Shown: piece after piece, positions 1-8,504 of the stretch
Position numbering within the stretch: position 1 is the first letter of the stretch
Layout of the letters: each line of letters starts with the position of its first letter
Origin: Macrostomum lignano
Taxonomy: Eukaryota
Direction of reading: 5' to 3'
NCBI GenBank assembly: GCA_002269645.1
Contig: NIVC01000229.1
Location: forward strand, 1-29,089
DNA: 29,089 bases
Notes under the pieces: model-generated
Told to the model about the DNA's origin: nothing
Database searches by the model: none
Seen by the model: the letters and a program-made list of their open reading frames with translations, nothing else
Program-made: the position numbers and the translations under genes

Positions 1-1604
1 GCAATTGCTCGTTTAGTTGTTGTAATTCTTGTTCATGTCCGATAAGCCAGCAGTTAGTTTGCCTGCTTTTCACTCCACAGATACGCTTGGCGGCTTCGAG
101 GACTTCCCTTTCGACTTCCTGCCACGGTGGGTCGGGCGCTGTTCGGTTCTCGTTTCACTGTTGGTTGGTCTTTTGAGCTTCTCCCAGGCCTCACTGGTTG
201 CTTTTTTGTACTCTTCCTGCACTTGAGTGACTCGCAGCCGTTCCCAGGTGATGTTCTCTCTCTTTTTTGTGTTTTGTGGATAGTGCTTGTTCGGTGCGCA
301 GTACCGCTCGGCGAACTGCCGGTGCAGAGTCAGTACTTTTGGCAGATGGTCAGAGAGTGAGGATCCATGGTCCGTTCTGATCCGTTGGACGATTCGTTGC
401 CTTTGTTCTTTCTTCAGTATGAAACCGTCGAGCTCGTACCAGCGCTTTGAGGCCGGGTTTTTCCATGTGCCACGTTCGTTTTGCTGGTAGAAGGAGCTTG
501 CCCACACTAGGTTCAGGCTCTCCATCCACGCTAGCATATCTATTCCTTGGTCATTCGTGTCTCCGATGCCGAACTTGCCGGTGCTGACGAAATTTCTGTT
601 CTGGTCTCTGCCTATGCTCGAGTTGACATCGCCTCCGATTAAAAGTAGTGATCTTTTAGCAACCGTATGTTTGATGCGTTCGATCTCGGTGCGGATAGTT
701 TCCAGGTCGGTTTCGTAGTTCTCACTTCCCTTGAACGGATGGTAGACCGCCATCAGGGTGACTTTGTCGATTTCGATCGCCAGGGTGCGCTCGGCCGGAT
801 GTATTTTTCGTCCGCTGGCGTCCCACAGAGTCCATGCGGTGTTGCTTAACAGGATTCCAACCTTATGGGAGTGAACTAAGTAGGCGTCTTGCTTCAGATG
901 GTGGAACTTTCTTATTCCTACGCCCTTTGTGTTTAGTTCTGTCATTAACGTAATGTCCCATTTTTCCAAGGCAACTTTTACCATTTCGCCGAATCTGGCT
1001 GATCCGATGTTGGCCCTCTGTGTGTTCCAGGTTGCTACTTCGATCTTGCTGTTCGACCAGCGTTCGGTGGCCCTTAGTCTACGCCTGTCTGTTTTTTTCC
1101 TGCGGTCATCCTCCCGCTTTCGTTTACGGCGTTTGTTTCTCGCGGCCTTCTGGCCTTGTGTTCTTGGTCCGGGGTTCTTCTCGATCGATTGCAGGCGAAA
1201 GATGACTTCTGCGGTGCGTCTGTTTTCCGTCTCTGTCTCTCTTCCGTTCTTCTCCATTCTCGTTTTCATCGGGTTTTTGACCTTGATATTGTTTAGGGAG
1301 GTGCTCTGTGTGGTCGGTCCAGAGCCACTCTGATAGGAGAAGGTTTGCCCACGAAACATAGCTTTTACACTATGTTCGCGAGCCTCTCTCCCACCCCCCC
1401 CCCCGGTTCTCTCTTTGCCGGCCGGATGGCCGCCCGCTTGGCACCTCTTGACGGTGGAGAACCGTTGCACCAGCCAGAAGATGTCGTCCTCGTCGTCGTC
1501 CTTCTCAGCATTCTCATCCTGTTCCACTCCCCTCCGTTCCTTCGGGTAAGGTGCTGGTTTCTGACTCTTCTGCTTCTTGTTCCTCGTGTCCTGCCGCTTC
1601 ATCA
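1..1604 (-). mobile_element. 5' part of an RTE-like (APE-type) non-LTR retrotransposon; runs off the left edge of the window; 5' boundary uncertain (between ~1350 and ~1610)
   Basis: Minus-strand ORF has APE motifs ATWN, TEL, VYHP, GGDVNS, GKFGIG..N..G, TWKNPASKRWYELDGF and SDHLP; the TW.HP.SK.W..(I/L)D pattern is RTE/BovB-like. After a frameshift near 150-180 another frame continues PPWQEVEREVLEAAKRICG...W, typical of the APE-RT linker. Confidence 0.8.
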
Positions 1605-1797
1605 TGCCACCCGGTTGACAGTCTCCCTTCTGCTCCTCGGCACACAGTCTAAGGTTATTGTAGTGTACCACCTTGCACTTGCATTTGGATTCCTCGGGTC
1701 CTGGACCCGGTACAACGCGTCTGACAGCTTCTCCAGGACATTCACTGGGCCGCGCCAGTTGATATGAAACTTGCTTTTCTCTCCCACCTCCAAGCAC
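70..1797 (-). CDS. ORF carrying Gypsy integrase tail (1642-1674), charged linker, 2A-like motif (1165-1188) and APE endonuclease (~330-1046); frameshifted near its 3' end
   Basis: 575-aa ORF from the track; domain motifs read directly from the translation. Confidence 0.75.
   Translation of the reverse strand: MLGGGREKQVSYQLARPSECPGEAVRRVVPGPGPEESKCKCKVVHYNNLRLCAEEQKGDCQPGGMMKRQDTRNKKQKSQKPAPYPKERRGVEQDENAEKDDDEDDIFWLVQRFSTVKRCQAGGHPAGKERTGGGGGREAREHSVKAMFRGQTFSYQSGSGPTTQSTSLNNIKVKNPMKTRMEKNGRETETENRRTAEVIFRLQSIEKNPGPRTQGQKAARNKRRKRKREDDRRKKTDRRRLRATERWSNSKIEVATWNTQRANIGSARFGEMVKVALEKWDITLMTELNTKGVGIRKFHHLKQDAYLVHSHKVGILLSNTAWTLWDASGRKIHPAERTLAIEIDKVTLMAVYHPFKGSENYETDLETIRTEIERIKHTVAKRSLLLIGGDVNSSIGRDQNRNFVSTGKFGIGDTNDQGIDMLAWMESLNLVWASSFYQQNERGTWKNPASKRWYELDGFILKKEQRQRIVQRIRTDHGSSLSDHLPKVLTLHRQFAERYCAPNKHYPQNTKKRENITWERLRVTQVQEEYKKATSEAWEKLKRPTNSETRTEQRPTHRGRKSKGKSSKPPSVSVE
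1165..1230 (-). other. 2A-like (StopGo) peptide, non-canonical: ...AEVIFRLQSIEKNPG|P
   Basis: IEKNPGP matches [V/I]ExNPGP; the usual Asp is Ser. It lies just upstream of the APE domain, where 2A-like motifs are known in APE-type LINEs. Confidence 0.55.
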
Positions 1798-3452
1798 GGA
1801 TAGTACAGCAAGACAGTGTCACCCTTCTGAATCGCCTTGCCCTTCACTTTCCGATCGTAGTTCATTTTCTGTCGTCGCTGAACCGTCTCGCGACCTTCTC
1901 GAACGTGTTCATGGGCATGAAGCAGGTTCTGCTGGATCTCTTGCACAAACGAGGGATAGCTGTCCGTCTTTTGCCTAAGGTCCTCTGGTTCGAATCCCAG
2001 CAGCATCTCCTGACCATGCAGCATGTAGCAGGGCGTGTAACCGGTGGACGCCTGGACCGTCGATCGATAAGCCATCAAGGCACTTGGCAGGTACTCCTCC
2101 CAGGCGTTCTGACCCTTCTCTACCAGATACGTGCGCAAACTTTTCTTCAGGAACCCGTTAAATCGTTCCACCTGTCTGTTGCCACTCGGGTGGTAGGCGC
2201 TCGTCCTGGTCTTCTTTACACCCAACAGCTCGCACAGCTTCCTGACGATCCCCGACTCAAAGTTCCTTCCTTGGTCCGAGTGAAGTACCCGGGAGCACCC
2301 GTGATTGGCAATCCAGCGTTCGAATAGCACTCTTGCAATCGTTGTCGCCTTCTGGTTCCGGATGGCATAAGCGTCTGGCCACTTTGAGAACGCATCTTGC
2401 ACCGTGAGGATATAGAAGTTTCCTTTCTTGCTCCGTGGCAGCGGCCCGATGACGTCCGTCATCTTGATATCGAATGGGCTTGAACTCGGAATCGGCTCCA
2501 TCGGTGCAACCGGTCTCTTGCCAGTCTTGGCCTTGGTGCAGTCCAAACAGGCTTTTACGTGCTCTTCGACCTCGCGGCCAAGTCCAGGCCTCCAGAACGA
2601 TTGCTGCACCTTCTCCTTGGTCTTGAAAATCCCGACGTGCCCTCCACTCCGTCTGGCATGAGCCTCTTCCAGCACCGCTCTCAGCATATTCCGTGGCAAC
2701 ACCACTTGCGGGTGACGTCCACTGCCCGTATGACACAGCAGCACCTCACTGTCTGACACCTCAAGGTCACGACGTCTTTCGACAATCCTCCTTGCCGTCG
2801 GTGAGATGCGTCGCAAATGCTCTTCGGTAATCTCTCCGTCGCCGTGTGCCAGCAGCTCCATCGCCTGACGAATGTCGCTGTCCATCTTCTGGCTCTCCCT
2901 GATCTCCTCCGAGGTCCACCTCTGTAATCCCAACGCGTTCACGCCGATCTGCTCTTGTGCACATCCGGGACAACTCTCGCTTCTTTGATGGCGCCGACGT
3001 GGCTTCCTGGAGAGAGCGTCTGCGTGTTGATGTTTGACTCCAGAACGATGTTCGATGCGATACTTGTACGGTGCCAAGAGCTCTAGCCATCTGGCCAGCT
3101 GTCCTTCTACGTCCCGCAGCGAATGCAGCCACTTCAAGCTGCTGTGATCGGTGCGCACTAGAAACTCTCGCCCCATCAGGTAATAACGAAACTTCTGTAC
3201 GAAAAACACCACGGCCAGCAACTCGACTAGTGTCGTGCAGTAATTCCGTTCTTCTCGCGACAACGTCCTGCTCCCGTAAGCTATTACCTTCTCACTTCCA
3301 TATTTCTGCACTTGTGAAAGCACAGCGCTAATTCCTTCTTTTGTGCTACCGTCCGTGTCTAAAACGAATTCTCCAGCGTCCTCCGCAAAGTTTGGAAACG
3401 CCATGACCTCCGATCCCTGCAAACTTTCAGGGCCTCGAATGCGGCTTGTCAC
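1602..3452 (-). pseudogene. pol: Gypsy pol: RNase H + integrase (HHCC zinc finger, DDE core, GPY/F region)
   Basis: FVLDTDGS, VIAYGSRTL, ELLAVV, TDHSSL, HQHADALSR (RNase H); H..GGHVG...CLDC; TDVIGP, HSDQGRNF, TSAYHPSGNRQVER (integrase); WRGPVNV. One-base frameshift near 1680 into KVVHYNNLRLC. Confidence 0.92.
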
Positions 3453-4460
3453 TCTTCATCCCAGCTCCACGGGCAATCCTGTCGGGTCCGTCGCAGCATC
3501 GGCTCAGCAATGCGGGAAAAATCTGCGATAAACTGCCGGTAATACCTTACTTCCTTGGCATTCTTCGGCGTTGGCCAGTCACGAATTTCAGCAATCTTTT
3601 CTGAACTCGTGGTGATTCCATCAGCTGACACTACGTGTCCAAGGAAAGTCACTGACTTCAACAAGAATGCGCACTTTTTCGGCTTCAATTTGATGTTCCC
3701 TGCTCGCAACCGACGAAAAACCGTTTGCAGCCGCTCCAGGTGCTCCTCCACCGTTCTTGACCACACTAGCAGGTCGTCCAGATACACCAAACAACTTCGA
3801 GCACAACTTCCCCAACACTACATTTATTAGTCGGCTGAATGAAGCCGGCACATTCGTCAATCCAAATGGCATAACGTTCCAGGCGTACTGCTGCACCCGG
3901 TGTGAAACGCCAAAGGCCGTCTTTAGTCTGTCGCTGGGTTCCACCGCCATCTGCCAGTATCCCGACTGCATGTCTATGGTCGAAAAAATCTTGGCACCGC
4001 CTAGGCTCTCCAACAGGTCATCTGTCCTAGGCAAAAGCACTGCATCCTTCTTGGTCACTTCATTCAGTTTCCGGTAGTCACAACAGAACCTCAGTGAACC
4101 GTCCTTCTTTTTCACGCACACCACTGGAGAGCACCATGGGGACTGGACCTCGCTGATTCTTCCAGCTTCCAACAAGTCGTCCAACTCCTTGTCCACTTCC
4201 TGCCGCAGGTACGGGGGAATCCGTCTCGCCGCTTCCTTCACAGGCCTGGCATCACTAGTGTCGATCTCGTGCTTCATCACGGTCGTACAGCCGAGATCCT
4301 TGGAGTCCTTAGCAAAGACAGCCCGATGTTGGGAAAACAGCTCTCTGAAGTCGGCTTCCTCCTCCTCCGACAGGCCACACGAACCCCACTCACAGAATTC
4401 TTCGATCGGGTTCCATGCTTCCGTTTCATTCTTGGCCTCTCGTCCAAGCGCACTACGTTG
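3449..4460 (-). pseudogene. pol: Gypsy pol: reverse transcriptase (split over frames)
   Basis: KHEIDT..RP, SPWCSPVVCVKKKDGSLRFCCDYRKLN, IDMQSGYWQ, MPFGLTN (ORF 3621-4280); YLDDLLVWS, LKPKKC, FLGHVV (ORF 3449-3790). Confidence 0.92.
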
Positions 4461-4620
4461 ACACCTCCGTTCGGTTCCAAAGGAATAAACCAGCCAATCG
4501 TCTCTCCCTTCTTGACCCTCATTCTACAACTGGATGTATTCAGCAATCTCGTCGGCAGCCGTCCATCCTCGCCGGGCGCTACCAGAGCTCGGGCCAGCGC
4601 CAACTCCTTCTCAGCGGCCT

Positions 4621-5301
4621 TCACGGCTTTTCTTCCGTTATGCCAACCGATCCGCAGTTTCTTGCGCCCTTTTTCTGCACCCTGGCTGACATGATCACTT
4701 CTTGCGCAGGTTCCAGAAATACCGTTGTATCGGCTTTTATTCGACACACCACAAGCAGCTCGCCTTTCTGCCGTATTGGAACTTTAACATCACCAACTCG
4801 AAAGACAAACTCGGAATAGTGGATGACGCAACGATGCTGTTTGAAAAATTCGGACCCGAGGATTACGTCATAACGCAATACATCCACTACAAAAAAATTC
4901 GCTGACCACCGCTCGCCGCCAATCTCCACGTCCAGCACAATGCAGCCTCTCATCCTCATCGCACCTCCATTGGCCGTTAAAAGGGAACCGTCCATTCCAG
5001 TCAGTCTCTCCCTCACCTCTTGCGGCAGCCTCAGGAAAACATCCCAGCTCAGCACTGACACACTTGCACCACTGTCTAACAGCAGAGCCACTGGCTTGCC
5101 GGAAACCGCACCGGAACTAAAAACTGTCAAGGACTCCGTTGAGACCGACGAACACGCCTCTTGAACCAGGTTGCTTTTTGAATTCCCATCACCAGAGACG
5201 CACTTGGATTTATTTACAGGGTTAGTGAGCAACACCGGTTCCTCGCTCCTGGGAGACTCTCCCCGGTCGGTCCCCTCGGCCCATTTCCCGACTTTGGACA
5301 C
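4621..5301 (-). pseudogene. pol: Gypsy pol: aspartic protease and start of the PR-RT spacer
   Basis: LLDSGASVSVL catalytic motif, TANG flap, ILGSEFF. Confidence 0.88.
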
Positions 5302-5492
5302 TTGAAGGATAGGTGGCCTTCACCGTTGCACTTGTGACATCGTACTGGCGATTTCCCGTTTCCACTTGTCTGGCTGGTCTTCTTGGGACACTTTGATGAG
5401 ATATGGCCCCACTCTCGACACAAAAAACACTGCACCGCCTTCCGACTCGCCGGGGTCGGCTCTGCCGCTTCTCCAGACCTCCGCTCCTCCAT
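5214..5492 (-). pseudogene. gag: Gypsy gag C-terminal fragment with two CCHC zinc knuckles
   Basis: CFLCREWGHISSKC (5388-5429) and CHKCNGEGHLSFKC (5298-5339); no capsid-coding sequence recognisable upstream of ~5520. Confidence 0.88.
5283..5289 (-). promoter_or_regulatory. Putative -1 programmed ribosomal frameshift heptamer G_GGA_AAT at the gag/pol overlap
   Basis: In the gag frame the codons are tcG GGA AAT (X XXY YYZ register). pol is in the -1 frame. A GC-rich segment with hairpin potential (gggag-agt-ctccc) follows. Confidence 0.6.
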
Positions 5493-5790
5493 CTAGCTCG
5501 TATTTTAGCATGCCGCATGAACTGACAACTCTTGTATCAGGTGCTTACTACTGTGAGTAGCAGTGCAGCATGCGGAAGGTAGGGAATCCCAACTCTCCCT
5601 TCCCGTTCAGGTCTCAGACTGAAAACTTAGAAGCGCGCTATGCTACTTATGGCCAGTAGGCTAAATATGTACACATTTACGCGCTTTTCAGTAACTTGAC
5701 CTTTATTTGTTAGTTTATGTTACAAACATTTTCCGTTTTTCATTGCTCTTGCTATTCTTTGTTATGAAATTTGTGGCTTGCTGAAATGCG

Positions 5791-5900
5791 AGTGAGAGGG
5801 AGGGTGTGAGAGGGAGAGTGTGAGAGGGAGAGTGTAAAAAGGAGAGTGTGGGAGGGAGAGTGTGGGAGGGAGGGTGTGAAAAGAAAGGTGTGAAAGGAAA
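5791..5900. repeat. Degenerate ~14-bp purine-rich tandem repeat (gagagggagagtgt)
   Basis: Visible directly in the sequence. Confidence 0.7.
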
Positions 5901-5932
5901 GATTTGAGCTGGGTGCCAAAAGCAAATGTCAA

Positions 5933-6172
5933 GAATGTCAGTGGATGTCAGACAGCATGACTGGTGAATGTCAGTGGATGTCAGACGGCATGACTGGTGA
6001 ATGTCAGTGGATGTCAGACGGCATGACTGGTGAATGTCAGTGGATGTCAGACGGCATGACTGGTGAATGTCAGTGGATGTCAGACGGCATGACTGGTGAA
6101 TGTCAGTGGATGTCAGACGGCATGACTGGTGAATGTCAGTGGATGTCAGACGGCATGACTAGTGAATGTCAG
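5933..6172. repeat. 33-bp intronic minisatellite, 7 full copies plus a partial copy ending at the splice acceptor
   Basis: Unit gaatgtcagtggatgtcagacggcatgactggt. Confidence 0.95.
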
Positions 6173-6635
6173 ACGTCAGAGCTCTGCAGCCCCCCCTCCG
6201 CTCCCTTCCAACCCGGCGTCAGCAGCGGCCAAGAACCCCCTGATCAGCCCGCTGTCCTCGCACCCTGCCGGAGTCCTTGGCGGAGCCGGAGGCAGCGGAG
6301 GCGGTGGCGCAGGAGGCAGCGCAGGCGCAGGCGGGCTGATCTCGCGGTCCTCGCTGCTGCTGACTCCCATGAAGCCGCTGGCTGAGGAGGCCGCCAGCTT
6401 CGGCGGTCACCGCGGCGGCCCCGGCGGCGACTTCCTCGGCGAGGCGGACTTCCCCGACCGCGGCGCCGACGCGGCCTCTGAAGACAGCGACGGCGGTGAC
6501 GGGGGCAGCCGGCGCCGGAATCCCTTCAACGAGGACTGCGGCGGGCGGATGCGGAAGAGCAAGTCGGAAAGGGCACAGCTGACGCAGTCCATGTACCTGG
6601 ACAGGGACACCTCGTGGGCGGCCTTCCAGCAGCAG
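6173..6635 (+). CDS. Internal exon of the CAP-Gly (KIF13-like) gene; low-complexity S/A/G/P-rich region
   Basis: Open GC-rich frame (ORF 6162-6647) bounded by tgtcAG (6171-6172; alternative AG at 6178-6179) and a strong donor CAG|GTGAG (6636); phase 0, matching the next exon. Confidence 0.7.
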
Positions 6636-6956
6636 GTGAGGATGTAAGGGAATCGGTCAGGTGGGATGTGAAGGAATCGGTCAGATGAGGGAATCGGTCA
6701 GGTGGGATGTGAGGGAATCGGTCAGGTGGGATGTGAGGGAATCGGTCAGGTGTGGTGTGAGGGAATTGATCAGGTGGGATGTGAGGGAATCGATCAGGTG
6801 GGATGTGAGGGATTCGGTCAGGTGGGATCTGAGTGGGGAATCAGTCAGATGGGATCTGAGTGGGGAATCAGTCAGATGGGATCGAAGTGGGGAATCAATC
6901 AGATGGGATCTGAGTGGGGAATCAGTCAGATGGGATGTCAAACCTGCCGCTCTCAG
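6636..6956 (+). repeat. 321-bp intron composed almost entirely of 24-bp (~8x) then 27-bp (~4x) tandem repeats
   Basis: Unit caggtgggatgtgagggaatcggt, then cagatgggatctgagtggggaatcagt; GT at 6636, ctctcAG at 6955-6956. Confidence 0.85.
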
Positions 6957-7880
6957 GAGGTGCCGCAGTCCGTGGACTCCGCAGTCCTCGAGACCTCGCA
7001 GCCGCAACCCGCTGAGCCCCCGGAAGCTCCGTCGCCGACGCAGCCGCCGCCCCCGCCGGTGGGCACCGCGGCGGAGCAGCCGCCGGAGGCCGCGGAGGCC
7101 GGCGAAGGCGAGGGCCTTGTCCGCCTCACCCGCCTGCTGCAGAGCCCCAAGCGATCCGCCCAGAAGGCGCCGAACGGCGGAGGTGGTGACGAGGAGTTCT
7201 CCGACAGCGCGTCGGCCTTCGGCTCCCGACAGGACCTCAGCGGCTCCGGCAGGGTGGACACCGCGCCGCCAGCCTGGCTGAAGCCGGGCGAGCCGTGTCT
7301 GGTGCAGCAGCCGCAGGGCGCGAAGCTGCCGGGTCACGTGAGGTTCTGCGGCCCCACCCAGTTCGCGGCGGGCACCTGGGTGGGGGTGGAACTAAACCAG
7401 CCCGAGGGCCGCAACGACGGCTCGGTGAAGGGCGTCAAGTACTTCAGGTGCAGGGCCCGGCACGGCCTGTTCGTCAGGCACGACAAGGTGCTGCAGCCGC
7501 GGAGGAGGGCGTCGCAGCAGATGAAGACTGGAAAAATGAGGGCTGCGGCTCTCGTTTGGAGTTCTCCATCAGCCTCTCCATCAGCCTCTCCAGCTTCCCC
7601 ATCAGTCTCTCCAGCTTCCCCCATCAGCCTCTCCAGCTTCCCCATCAGCCTCTCCAGCTTCTCCATCAGCCTCTCCAGCTTCTCCATCAGCCTCTCCAGC
7701 TTCTCTACCAGCCTCTCCAGCTTCCTCATCAGCCTCTCCAGCTTCTCCATCAGCCTCTCTAGCTTCCCCATCAGCCTCTCCAGCTTCCTCATCAGCCTCT
7801 CGCTTTTCCCAGTCTATGGGCCAAACCCCACTGAGGCTGCAAGCTTCCCTGTGCTGCATCAGTCCAATTCCCATTGCTGA
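6957..7880 (+). CDS. KIF13B: Probable last coding exon of a kinesin-3 KIF13B/Khc-73-like gene, with C-terminal CAP-Gly domain (~7270-7490); 3' end uncertain
   Basis: PAWLKPGE...GHVRFCGPTQFAAGTWVGVELNQPEGRNDGSVKGVKYFRCRARHGLFVR is a CAP-Gly domain (GKNDG -> GRNDG). The P.W+..GE lead-in and C-terminal position after a long low-complexity region fit KIF13B/Khc-73. The motor domain is not in the window, so orthology is inferred. Confidence 0.6.
   Translation, partial: EVPQSVDSAVLETSQPQPAEPPEAPSPTQPPPPPVGTAAEQPPEAAEAGEGEGLVRLTRLLQSPKRSAQKAPNGGGGDEEFSDSASAFGSRQDLSGSGRVDTAPPAWLKPGEPCLVQQPQGAKLPGHVRFCGPTQFAAGTWVGVELNQPEGRNDGSVKGVKYFRCRARHGLFVRHDKVLQPRRRASQQMKTGKMRAAALVWSSPSASPSASPASPSVSPASPISLSSFPISLSSFSISLSSFSISLSSFSTSLSSFLISLSSFSISLSSFPISLSSFLISLSLFPVYGPNPTEAASFPVLHQSNSHC
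7565..7800 (+). repeat. 21-bp tandem repeat, ~11 copies (ccatcagcctctccagcttcc)
   Basis: Visible directly; reads PSASPAS or ISLSSFP depending on frame. Confidence 0.92.
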
Positions 7881-8415
7881 TCACCTCAAGCAATGCTCAG
7901 TCACCTGTCAATCAAAGCCGATCAGCCTCGAGTCCCCACAACCAGTTTCAGTCCCATCCAGTCCCCAGTTAATCTGCATTCATTCCCCAGTCACAGTTCC
8001 AACAATCTTCTCTGTTGCATAATCGAACTGATTTATTTATTGTGATGTACTACTGATTCACAATTTGTTATAAGTAGTAAGTCATGCGTTTTGTGCGTCT
8101 TTTTTTTCACGCAGTTCTTCAGTCCCGAGGAAAGTATTCCATTAATTGCTGCTATTGGCCTTTTTTACGAATTGGAATTGCTTGTCAGTTTTGCTTTTTT
8201 ATTTCCTGAGTCGATTGCCTTCACCCCGGGTGGCACTGCAGTCTGTCAGTATTTGTGTCACCTTCAGTACCTGCTGTTCGACTCCTTCATTCATTTGGTG
8301 ATTTTGTCCCAAACCATGCGGTCTGTCTCGACCTGGACTGTCACCTCCCAATGTGATTGACATTGTCTGCGGATTAAAGCTTTTGTGTTTTTTACCTGCA
8401 TCTGCATTGACAACT

Positions 8416-8421
8416 AATAAA
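8416..8421 (+). promoter_or_regulatory. Candidate polyadenylation signal of the KIF13-like gene
   Basis: AATAAA downstream of the putative last exon, just before the repeat block begins; no transcript evidence. Confidence 0.3.
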
Positions 8422-8504
8422 TATGCGCTGATATACTACTCGTACTGACTACTTAGCTGGTTTCAGAACACTTCAATACAGTCAGCCGCTGTTCTCTGAG
8501 GCCT

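Larger units (their letters stand above)
1394..5520 (-). mobile_element. Decayed, 5'-truncated Ty3/Gypsy LTR retrotransposon (gag C-terminus, PR-RT-RH-IN); no LTR pair identified
   Basis: Domain order zinc knuckles-protease-RT-RNaseH-integrase is diagnostic of Gypsy. Several frameshifts, an in-frame TGA at 3449-3451 and a small RT deletion (EVR^YYRQF lacks the usual SFLGL). Confidence 0.92.

Noticed and set aside
5520-5790. Possible 5' LTR/PBS of the Gypsy, or a small exon after ttcccgttcAG (~5610)
   Set aside because: No match to the 3' side of the element, no recognisable tRNA primer-binding site, and no convincing ORF/donor combination.
6661-7792. Long antisense and alternative-frame ORFs over the CAP-Gly exon
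   Set aside because: Expected in GC-rich coding DNA plus tandem repeats; only the CAP-Gly frame has recognisable motifs and compatible splice phase.
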